The notes under the pieces were generated by a model. That model was not told the DNA's origin, searched no databases, and was given only the letters and a program-made list of their open reading frames with translations. A program made the position numbers and the translations under genes. DNA of 64,000 nucleotides from a virus, in the IMG/VR virus record IMGVR_UViG_3300010397_000003, positions 13,299 to 77,298 of that record. The stretch is one strand, 5' to 3'. Positions 17,666 to 25,766 of this stretch are shown one piece after another (position 1 is the first letter of the stretch; the number at the start of each line of letters is the position of its first letter).

Positions 17666-17910
17666 CTGACAGCAAAGCTAAATCAAAATCAGAAGTAGCA
17701 CGTAACATTGCCCGTACTTATTCTGAGGCCGCGCTGATCCCATTGTGTGCCAGTCAAATTGAACTAGCGATTGCTAATGCAGAGTCTCAACTGGCTGAAG
17801 AGGTGCTGAGAGAGATTGCCAGTTTAGAGGAACGAACTGCTTATGCTGTTTATGTTGGCAAACGGCTGCGCGAGTTATTCGCCAAGTTGAATGTGAAGGT
17901 GGAGGGGTAG
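17662..17910 (+). CDS. Hypothetical protein
   Basis: ATGA coupling at 17662. Confidence 0.5.
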   Translation: MTDSKAKSKSEVARNIARTYSEAALIPLCASQIELAIANAESQLAEEVLREIASLEERTAYAVYVGKRLRELFAKLNVKVEG

Positions 17911-17913
17911 AAG

Positions 17914-18204
17914 ATGATCGTTGAAACAACGCAGAAGGTTGATCCAGAAGTCGCCAGCGACATGCTAAATGGGCTGGCGCGGCTTGATGGGTTTATTTGC
18001 GGCTACGTCCGAATAGATGCCAAGCAGTTCACGTTGGTCACTCTCATTCAATGCAAAGACGGCGACGTGGGGCGCGGGCAGCGTGAAGTGCGATACGTCG
18101 AAGGCCGCGAAGGCGCAAACGACTACCGCAACGCCAAACGGTTTCAGGATGAAGTCAACGAACCGCCCGCACCGTGGCAAGGCAACTTTATCGAGGTTTT
18201 GTGA
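17914..18204 (+). CDS. Hypothetical protein
   Basis: RBS GGAGG. Confidence 0.5.
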   Translation: MIVETTQKVDPEVASDMLNGLARLDGFICGYVRIDAKQFTLVTLIQCKDGDVGRGQREVRYVEGREGANDYRNAKRFQDEVNEPPAPWQGNFIEVL

Positions 18205-18267
18205 GCGCAACATATTTACTTCTGTATGACCATTATGAGCCAGAACCTTCTAAAAAACTCTAAGCAA

Positions 18268-18289
18268 GGGAGTCAAGTATATAATTCCC
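18268..18289. repeat. Orphan IS1595-type terminal inverted repeat
   Basis: GGGAGTCAAGTATATAATTCCC shares GTCAAGTATATAATT with the reverse complement of the 22953-22977 TIR. Confidence 0.65.
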
Positions 18290-18601
18290 TTATTTTAAGT
18301 AATCCACGCCAAGAGATACGCCTTTTCAGGAAGCCGGATTGGGCATTCAAAGGCGATATATCGACCTTCAAGACTAACCGTTGGGCAGAAATGATCACAG
18401 GTAGCAAACACTACCGCCGCCATTGGGACGATGATGATTTTGATGCACTGATAGCTCTGTCATTCACAGATAACGGGCGGTTCTTGTGTGAGTGCGGCAG
18501 ATTCTTTGACGAGCCGTTTGGCGCTTCAAATCACGGTATTTGGCAAATGCACTGCCCGCACTGCGGAGGTAGAAGTTATAAAGAACCCGAGGGAGTTAAA
18601 G

Positions 18602-19435
18602 ATGCGCGAACAGACTAGTGAGCCAGCCAAGAGATCGTGCCGAGAGTGTGGGGAGCGAAGCTGGCATTTAGTCGAATGCCCACTGAATACGGAAGGCGCG
18701 AGTCGTCTCTATGTCTCAGACTCTGAGCGCGTCCCTGAACCAGTACCCAACCGGCACGCTTTCCAAGAGCCGGGAGGCGGCCTTGTTGGTTGTTTCAAAG
18801 CTCACCGTGGTCAACCAAAGGATGCAACGGTTCACGCTGCACCACAGAAAGACGAAGCCGAGAGTTTAGGAGTTGAGGCGCAGAAGGTTTACACACAACC
18901 TTTTTTGCGGGCTGCTACACGAATTGTGAAAATATTTCTTTCGCCTCCCGCAGACGAGCGGGCGATTAAGAGCGTCGCGGCCATAATGGAGCAGGAATGG
19001 AACCGAGCAGCGCCCACCTCAGCCCAGAAGTTAGGTTGTGCCGCTCACGGATTCAAGTTTCGAGAAGGCTGCGATGCTTGTGAATCAACTGCCTCAGCCC
19101 CAGCAGGGCCGGAACTCAAGCAAGTGGTTCAGAAGTTTTTAGATGATGAATGGTGCGGTGTATTGAATGAATATCAGCGCCGCCACATCGCTAAGGAAAT
19201 CGAATTCCAATGGGAGTTAGCTAAACTTCGTGCCACCCATGCACCAACAGAGCCAAGTGTAGAGCCAACGATTCGAGTCAGAGCGCAGTGGTTCATTGAC
19301 CACGAGAAGGATCAACACCTTGACCATGCCTGCTTTGAGTGTACAGGCGACGAAGCTACGAAGCGTCACGGATTCACTTGCTACTTTCATCAGGCGGTGG
19401 CTGCTGTCCGTGAGCATTTCCAAAAAGGAGAATAA
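18602..19435 (+). CDS. Mosaic hypothetical protein with several small Cys/His modules
   Basis: Likely ATG at 18602 after GGGAG. Confidence 0.5.
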   Translation: MREQTSEPAKRSCRECGERSWHLVECPLNTEGASRLYVSDSERVPEPVPNRHAFQEPGGGLVGCFKAHRGQPKDATVHAAPQKDEAESLGVEAQKVYTQPFLRAATRIVKIFLSPPADERAIKSVAAIMEQEWNRAAPTSAQKLGCAAHGFKFREGCDACESTASAPAGPELKQVVQKFLDDEWCGVLNEYQRRHIAKEIEFQWELAKLRATHAPTEPSVEPTIRVRAQWFIDHEKDQHLDHACFECTGDEATKRHGFTCYFHQAVAAVREHFQKGE

Positions 19436-19736
19436 GTAAATGTCAGGACTGTGGAGAAACGATTCAGAGACGCCAGAAGGCAAGTATCCGATTGTGCCGC
19501 GGCGGGACGGGAGGAGTCACAACTATGAATGAGTCACCCACACCGCCAGAGCGAATCACGTCGCCCGTACCTGATGAACTGTGCCCGCACGTGGAATTAG
19601 GAGAAGAGATGGCTGGCGGTTTTGTCTTTGATGCCGAGAGTCCAAAAGTAAGCGTTGGCATGTGCGAGGTTTGTTTGGCGATCTGCCGCGCTGAATTCAT
19701 TACCGCTGAACCGTTCAGCCTGTACAGGAGAGAGCA

Positions 19737-20111
19737 ATGAGCGAGGACTTTGACAAACTAAAAGCGCGTAAAGACATGCTAGTTCAACGCGAACGAGAAA
19801 CCGTCCGCTCCGTCTCTCCTGATGCTGACACGTTAGCCTATTGTGGCTGTGGTGATGGGTTTACGACTACAAATCCAGGTACGTGTGTTAACTGTCTCGC
19901 ATCGCTTACCGCTCCTGATGCTGGAGAGGTAGCGCGGAGAGCGGCAGAGAAGATTTGGGAGAAGTTTCGAGTTTACGATCCCGGTGCAGCAATTAACGAG
20001 ATGCAGATCGACATCTTTGCGGGCATCATTCAATCCGAACTCGCCAACGTCGGTACTCCCGATGCAGATGAGCCGCAGGATTCAGGAACCGCAACCAAAG
20101 GTCATTCGTAG
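19737..20111 (+). CDS. Hypothetical protein; C-terminus reads into L4
   Basis: RBS AGGAG; ATGA coupling. Confidence 0.5.
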   Translation: MSEDFDKLKARKDMLVQRERETVRSVSPDADTLAYCGCGDGFTTTNPGTCVNCLASLTAPDAGEVARRAAEKIWEKFRVYDPGAAINEMQIDIFAGIIQSELANVGTPDADEPQDSGTATKGHS

Positions 20112-20847
20112 ACGACCGTTCAATTACCACGACCGCTCACTAGCGTTCGCAAAGAAAAGAGGGGAGTAGCAATGGAAAGCGCAATCAGGCAGGCCGGGTT
20201 GGTGGAGTTTCCGCCGTTCATGGGTGAAAGAATTTACATGCGAGAGTTTACGAAGCGCGACGGATTGCCGTCCGATCTCTTGCGCTGGCAGTTTACGATT
20301 GATGCGATGCTTGCCGAGATCGAAACGGATGGGCCAATCTATCTGATGGTTGATCAGGGATTCGTTAACGCTGGGAATGTACATCGAAGAGGAGGCCCGC
20401 ATGTGGACGGTGCTTGGCATCCCGGCATCTCCGCGCACGGTAATCCTCGCCCGCATCACAACCCCATGCCTGAACCTCGACCCTACCCAAGACACAGCCT
20501 AAAACTCGGCGGACACGGGCATCGCTTTGACGGCTCGTCGGAGTTGATAGTTTTCGCGTCTGACGTGCTGGGGTGTCAAGCTTACGTCGGAAGCTACGAC
20601 GGCACGCCAGCAGAAGACGGAGATTGTTCGCGCCTCGACCTTAGCCGCATGACCGTTATCAACATGGAGCCGGGGCGTGTGTGGACGGGAGACGCCTTCA
20701 CGACGATCCACGAATCCGTCCCAGTACAGCACGATTGCCTGCGGACAATGGTGCGCCTAAATGCGCCGAACGCAACACGAACCTAGACCGTGCAAGCGTC
20801 GCTAACTCAGACCGTGGAATTGAGTTTTGCGACCACGTATTAACAGA
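20089..20847 (+). mobile_element. Putative cassette, subfamily 2 (L4 20089-20171, variant R end 20772-20847)
   Basis: CCGCAACCAAAGGTCATTCGTAGACGACCGTT, hairpin CGCT-CACT-AGCG; R end similar to 12866-12942. Confidence 0.6.
20172..20786 (+). CDS. Putative 2OG-Fe(II) dioxygenase-fold protein
   Basis: HRRGGPHVDG (HxD), distal IHES, R..VRL. Confidence 0.6.
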   Translation: MESAIRQAGLVEFPPFMGERIYMREFTKRDGLPSDLLRWQFTIDAMLAEIETDGPIYLMVDQGFVNAGNVHRRGGPHVDGAWHPGISAHGNPRPHHNPMPEPRPYPRHSLKLGGHGHRFDGSSELIVFASDVLGCQAYVGSYDGTPAEDGDCSRLDLSRMTVINMEPGRVWTGDAFTTIHESVPVQHDCLRTMVRLNAPNATRT

Positions 20848-20883
20848 CCAATTCCCCGTTAATGCAGATGATAAGGAGAAACG

Positions 20884-21153
20884 ATGAAAATAGAAATGAC
20901 CTTTGACGGCGTTCGTGTTGACGGAACTTTGGACGGCAAAACCTTTGCTGTTGTGCGACGCGGCGCAGAAACAAGCCTCGAAGGAATCACGGGTGATGAC
21001 ACGTTCGGCGGGATGGTCGGTTCTGCGATTCTTGACTTCGCCGGACATGTGCTTGACGGAGCCGTGATTATCATGGAAGCAACTGACGATTTGAAAGTCT
21101 GGGACAAATTGGACGACGATCTTGCGAACGAAGTTTACGACGCGATGATCTGA
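20884..21153 (+). CDS. Hypothetical acidic protein
   Basis: RBS AAGGAG. Confidence 0.55.
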   Translation: MKIEMTFDGVRVDGTLDGKTFAVVRRGAETSLEGITGDDTFGGMVGSAILDFAGHVLDGAVIIMEATDDLKVWDKLDDDLANEVYDAMI

Positions 21154-21162
21154 GGAGCAACC

Positions 21163-21471
21163 ATGACTATGACTAAACCTAATGCAGATGATGAAGCGCG
21201 GGAGATTGTTGGTGCTTTTACTTTGGAGTTAGGCCCAACACGCCGACCGCCAAAAGCAACCGAGGAAATGTTAATGCAAGTTATTGCCGCCGCTCTCACT
21301 CGCTCCCGTCAGCGAGTAGTTGAAGTCGTAAAGGCGAAGCGGGATGAATGGCAACGGCAAGCCGATATCTATGAAGCAGCCGAACATGATTCAGTGTTCG
21401 CGTTTATTAAGTTTGTCGCCGCAGCAAATGAAATTCTCGCTGAGCTAGAGAGGGGGATGGGTAATGGCTGA
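21163..21471 (+). CDS. Hypothetical protein
   Basis: RBS GAGGAG. Confidence 0.55.
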   Translation: MTMTKPNADDEAREIVGAFTLELGPTRRPPKATEEMLMQVIAAALTRSRQRVVEVVKAKRDEWQRQADIYEAAEHDSVFAFIKFVAAANEILAELERGMGNG

Positions 21472-22078
21472 AGAAGACGGAGAGTGGGGCGATATGTATG
21501 CCGACGATGGGCCACGGGATAATCAACCACAAGAACTGCTACCGTGTCCGTTTTGCGGAGAGCGGCCAGTATTGGACGACGCTGGTGACGTGCTGTGCAA
21601 AAAGACTAAATGTCTGGTTCATCCTTTTGTAATTCAAAGCGTGCGAGACGGGAAGCCGCTCAACGATCCAGTGATGGCTTGGAACGCCCGCGCTGCCTGT
21701 CCTGATGAAGTAGAAGCGCCCGACGATGAGATAGTTAAGATTCGTCATGCTTATGGCGGAACAAAGCCAGCATGGTTCAGCGAGCCTCACGCATTTGCTC
21801 AGGTCGCAACCGACATGGATCGTGTCACGTCTACGGTTGCGGCGTTGCGAGAGAGGATCGTCGCACTACAAGAAGAACGCGAGAAAGAAATGTTGGAGGA
21901 CGACGCCTCTAATCAGCCCACCGCCGCCGAAGTTGCAGCGTTACGTGCTGAGAATGAGCGGCAAGATTCGGATCATCTGATGACGGTTGAGCAATATGAA
22001 GATGAAATTACGTCGCTACGTGCTGAGAACGAAGAACTGAAACAGCGGGGCTGCGGTGAGGGAATGAGGAATGGTTAA
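21464..22078 (+). CDS. Lar-like zinc domain plus coiled-coil protein
   Basis: LLPCPFCGE...AWNAR; repeated LRAENE. Confidence 0.6.
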   Translation: MAEEDGEWGDMYADDGPRDNQPQELLPCPFCGERPVLDDAGDVLCKKTKCLVHPFVIQSVRDGKPLNDPVMAWNARAACPDEVEAPDDEIVKIRHAYGGTKPAWFSEPHAFAQVATDMDRVTSTVAALRERIVALQEEREKEMLEDDASNQPTAAEVAALRAENERQDSDHLMTVEQYEDEITSLRAENEELKQRGCGEGMRNG

Positions 22079-22283
22079 GCTAACAGACCTGTCATTGGTT
22101 CAAATCAAGCCCTTCGTTGACACGGACGGTAATCCGCGCCGTGTTTTAGAATTGGTTTTTGAGTGCGGGCAGAGAGTTAAAGTCTCACCCGAATCGTTAA
22201 TTGCCTTCGCGGAACGCGCGATTCGGCAAGCCGAAGCTGCTAAAGATAACGAGCCGTCCCGTGAACACGCCGCCGAGCGATAG
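22071..22283 (+). CDS. Hypothetical protein
   Basis: Overlap-coupled; stop lies within R7. Confidence 0.5.
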   Translation: MVKLTDLSLVQIKPFVDTDGNPRRVLELVFECGQRVKVSPESLIAFAERAIRQAEAAKDNEPSREHAAER

Positions 22284-22335
22284 CGAGTGGTCGCCTTGAG
22301 GCTTACCGAGTTACTGTGAATGCCCTGGGCTTTGA
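22273..22335 (+). repeat. Cassette R end (R7, degenerate)
   Basis: CCGAGCGATAGCGAG...GTGAATGCCCTGGGCTTTGA. Confidence 0.55.
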
Positions 22336-22367
22336 AACCGATAATTCTTTTTCTGAAACCGATCTAT

Positions 22368-22839
22368 TCAAGCAAGAGGATCGCGTAGCCCTCGATCCCT
22401 CAACGGCTTGGTTGATAAGAGATCCGCTTCGGTGTTTTGTTCGCGCGGAATCCACTGGTAAACGACGTTCGGTAATTGGTTCGCCAAGGCCCGCGCCTCA
22501 TCGTATTTCGGCAAGTAAATCGGGTCGCGCTTGCGCTTCACTTTCATCCGGCCCGAAATCTGGCTGATGATCATATCCGCATCACCAAAGACTTTCGCCT
22601 CGGTAATGCCATGCTCGATCAGGTATCGGAGAACCAGGCAGAGCCCGCCGTACTCGGCCAGATTGTTTGACGTGCGGCCGTCTCCTAAATACTCCGACAG
22701 TTCCGCGATCGTCGCACCGTTGCGTTTGATTACCGCTCCACAGGCAGGAAGGACCGCCAGGGTTCGGCCACGTCGCGCCATCAAACCAACATTCGACTTC
22801 ATATTGCTTGTTTGGATCGATCTGTTCTTGAAATAACAT
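22368..22839 (-). pseudogene. Ribonuclease HI-like gene with a frameshift
   Basis: FDGA..PNPG in one frame; SNN.AEY, GD..MII.Q and WIPREQN..AD.L in another; joined by removing one AGGA of AGGAAGGA at 22746-22753. Confidence 0.8.
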
Positions 22840-22965
22840 TCTGATCTCCTTCAGGTAAAAACAGACTGAGGGATTCCCTTCGGCATGCATGCTGTCTTAT
22901 GCTCTGGGTATTGCCTTACTCGTTAGCGAAGAGAATTAACCATTAATTTCAGCGCAATTATATAC

Positions 22966-22994
22966 TTGACATACCCAGACTGGTTTGGTAGCAT
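22966..22994 (+). promoter_or_regulatory. Transposase promoter with -35 inside the left TIR
   Basis: TTGACA-17-TAGCAT. Confidence 0.6.
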
Positions 22995-23022
22995 GGTTTC
23001 GTTAAGGAAAGGCGCGAAACCG

Positions 23023-24048
23023 ATGAACCTAGCAGACCTAATGGAGCGATTCGCAACGGTAGAAGCTGCGAGAGAATATCTTGAGAAAGAGCGTTGGCCA
23101 GAAGGCCCGGAATGCCCGCACTGTGGGCTTGTGGGTGAAGCCTACAAGATAACTCCAAAGCCGCGCCACATACCGGACGAATACCAGACGAAGCGCGAAG
23201 TAGCTGCGCAAGCCAAACGAGTACGCAAACCGCGTCAAGGTCTCTGGAAGTGTAAAGACTGCCGTAAGCCGTTCACTGTTACCGTTGGCACTATCTTTGA
23301 AGATTCACATATCCCGCTTAACAAGTGGGTGATCGCTGTTCATCTCATGTGCGCCAGCAAAAAAGGAATGAGTGCGCATCAGATTCACCGGATGCTCGGA
23401 GTGACTTACAAAACGGCGTGGTTTATGTGTCACCGCATCCGCTACGGAATGTCTCAAGAACCTCTGGCCTCGCAGCTTACGGGCGTTGTAGAGGCCGATG
23501 AAACCTACGTTGGCGGTCGTCTGCGACATAAACAATCTACTCAGGTCAAACAAGGCGTGCGTGCACAGGATCGCGTTTCACCGTTTGACAATAAAGCCGC
23601 CGTCTTTTCAATCCTGCAACGTGACGGCCGCGTGCGCTCTACGCATATGGATCGCGTCACTGGCGAGAACCTGAAAGCCGCAATCAAGCAAGTCTGCGCG
23701 CCGGACGCGCATATCATCACGGACAATTATCCGGGCTACAAACGTCTCAAGAGTGAATTCAAACACTCTAGCGTCAATCACTCTGCCGGAGAATACGCAC
23801 GCTGGGAAGATGGCGTCTGCATCACGACGAATTCAATCGAGGGTTTCTTTTCAATTCTCAAGCGCGGCATTAATGGAACGTATCATCACGTTTCCAAACA
23901 ACATCTTCACCGCTATCTCTCAGAGTTTGATTTCAGATACAACGCCCGCAAGATGACTGATAGTGATCGCCGTGAAGCCGCGCTCAAGGGTTTCTCAGGC
24001 AAGCGGCTCATGCTTCACGATCCTATTGGCAAGACTGGCGAAAACTAA
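23023..24048 (+). CDS. IS1595-family (ISXO2-like) transposase
   Basis: CPHC/CKDC zinc ribbon, FTVTVGTIFE, EADETYVGG, ITD, TNSIEGFFS.LKR, HL.RYL.EFDFRYN. Confidence 0.95.
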   Translation: MNLADLMERFATVEAAREYLEKERWPEGPECPHCGLVGEAYKITPKPRHIPDEYQTKREVAAQAKRVRKPRQGLWKCKDCRKPFTVTVGTIFEDSHIPLNKWVIAVHLMCASKKGMSAHQIHRMLGVTYKTAWFMCHRIRYGMSQEPLASQLTGVVEADETYVGGRLRHKQSTQVKQGVRAQDRVSPFDNKAAVFSILQRDGRVRSTHMDRVTGENLKAAIKQVCAPDAHIITDNYPGYKRLKSEFKHSSVNHSAGEYARWEDGVCITTNSIEGFFSILKRGINGTYHHVSKQHLHRYLSEFDFRYNARKMTDSDRREAALKGFSGKRLMLHDPIGKTGEN

Positions 24049-24068
24049 ACCAATCGACTAGGCTATAG

Positions 24069-24155
24069 TGGTGGGGACGACGGGATTTGAACCCGCATGG
24101 TCGTGAGACCGAAAGTTTCCTAGGCTTGCGCGTTTACCAATTTCGCCACGTCCCC
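24069..24155 (-). tRNA. tRNA-Leu-like type II tRNA with aberrant anticodon arm (positional anticodon AGG); possibly a pseudo-tRNA
   Basis: GGGGACG/CGTCCCC acceptor stem, A discriminator, CCA, D-loop AAATTGGTAAA, V-stem GGTC/GACC, T-arm GCGGG-TTCAAAT-CCCGT; anticodon stem only 3 of 5 pairs. Confidence 0.75.
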
Positions 24156-24814
24156 ACTATCTCAAAAGAACTGCTACCGGCCCGGTCTTGAGTCTTTGCG
24201 GGAATTAGACCGGGCCTTAGTGTTTGTTACGGCCCTTCGCGTTTGAGCAGCAAAGCAATTTGAACGCGAGAGGCTATGTATCTAACTTCATAACACCACC
24301 TCGCACCTCGCACCTCGCATTATGTTTAGGCGAGTCTGCCAATTCCGTCAAAATGGAAAGAAAAGTTTTTTAATCTTCCAGTGGAAACTATTGGAGAATA
24401 AATTACAGTGGAAAGAATTAGGTGGATACTTTACAGGGGGGGGGGCGTAACTTATTCGATCTTTTCCTTCCATCCCGGTTTTCCGATTCGATCCCACGTG
24501 AAATCATAACCAAAGGTTTTCATAAGCCTTACTGCGCGATTTATCTGTTGTCTAAATTGTTCTCTACACTTCTCTGTGTGACGTTTTTTCTGACCTAGAC
24601 CGCACGGGCAGAAAACGTCCGTAGCTTGCCTGAGAGTGACGGCGGGATACGCATATTTTCCGTCAAGCGCAGCAAGTGCTAAATGTCGTTTTGAAGGTGG
24701 TTGCCCGCCCTGAAGCGTTCAGGAAATCGCAACTTGTCCCCTATCTGGCCGGACAGGGTTAAGGCGCGGCGAAAGTTGTTAGCGAGAGTTTACATCAATG
24801 GTAGAATGCGGGAA

Positions 24815-24973
24815 ATGAAAGCAGAACGAAACACGAATCCTGCCGGACGTGAGGGAAGACCTATTAGCCTTCATCCGCTGAAACCACGCGATGCGATCCG
24901 TGGTCTTCTAGCTGTGAAGCCACCACCGAAAGACACTCACAAAGCAGAGAAGAAAACTAAGCGCAAAAAGTAG
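24815..24973 (+). CDS. Small basic IS passenger protein
   Basis: ISLHPL....AI.GLL.VKPP; leaderless-type TGnTAGAAT 7 nt upstream. Confidence 0.5.
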   Translation: MKAERNTNPAGREGRPISLHPLKPRDAIRGLLAVKPPPKDTHKAEKKTKRKK

Positions 24974-25243
24974 AACCTATGACAGGTACAATACTTAGAG
25001 GCGACGCCCTAGTGATCGAAAATATTGACTAAAGAGTTGGTCGGGCGATTTTACAGCGCCACAAGCAACTCTCTTCGAGCCGGGGGAGTATTGCGATTTA
25101 CAGTTGGTAGATGGTCGCGGGGGAGGCTTTTTCATTTCCAACATCCGCTTCCGAAGCGGCAGACCTATTTCGGTTGAATTTGTCGGTTCTGGTGACTTGA
25201 AGTAAGTGGATTCGGGTGGCGTATAGGTGATATAAGCCGCCTT

Positions 25244-25537
25244 ATGGCGAATTACTTTATTTCTTTCGACCTGTCACCCACCGTCAACGAGAAAGAGCGA
25301 CCGCCAATGGCAAAGGTCATCGCGGAAACGTTCCCGCTCAGAAGCTTCCAGTTCCTCAGCAATGGCTGGTTTATTCAAACGGATTGGCCTGCCGAAGATA
25401 TTCGGCTATGGCTCTTAGGTGAGATCAGTCCTAGCTGGCGTGGCGTTGTTATTCGCATAACCGATCCGATGTTTGGGCAACCCCGCGATCCGGCTGACCT
25501 GCCCGAGTGGCTCTTGATCGAAAACAAGGATTCCTGA
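25244..25537 (+). CDS. Small ferredoxin-like-fold passenger protein
   Basis: YFISFDL.....W.IQT....E.I...L pattern. Confidence 0.5.
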   Translation: MANYFISFDLSPTVNEKERPPMAKVIAETFPLRSFQFLSNGWFIQTDWPAEDIRLWLLGEISPSWRGVVIRITDPMFGQPRDPADLPEWLLIENKDS

Positions 25538-25766
25538 TCCGCCTTGAGGCTTGGTGAGCCTTTCGTATTCCTCAAAACCCACACGCGCCATATAAGCGTT
25601 AACCACTCGCGTGTCATCTAATAGACGACAAGGCTCACCGTTGAAAGAAACCACCGTCCCTTTCGGGATAATAGCTATCTTATCGACATCGTTTCCATCC
25701 ACTTGCCACCTTTACTTTCATTCAGGATTTATCGACCTGTCACGCCCTCTGATTGTAGTGGGTATG

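Noticed and set aside
126-22335. Cassette repeats read as a CRISPR array or integron attC array
   Set aside because: Copies are dispersed, degenerate and in both orientations relative to the genes; there are no cas or intI genes and no RYYYAAC/GTTRRRY boundaries.
24436-24445. G10 tract as a phase-variation switch
   Set aside because: It is not inside a supported ORF or an identifiable promoter.
24452-24718. Open frame of about 89 codons on the - strand in the IS cargo
   Set aside because: No usable start codon until near its end and no recognisable motif; possibly a remnant.
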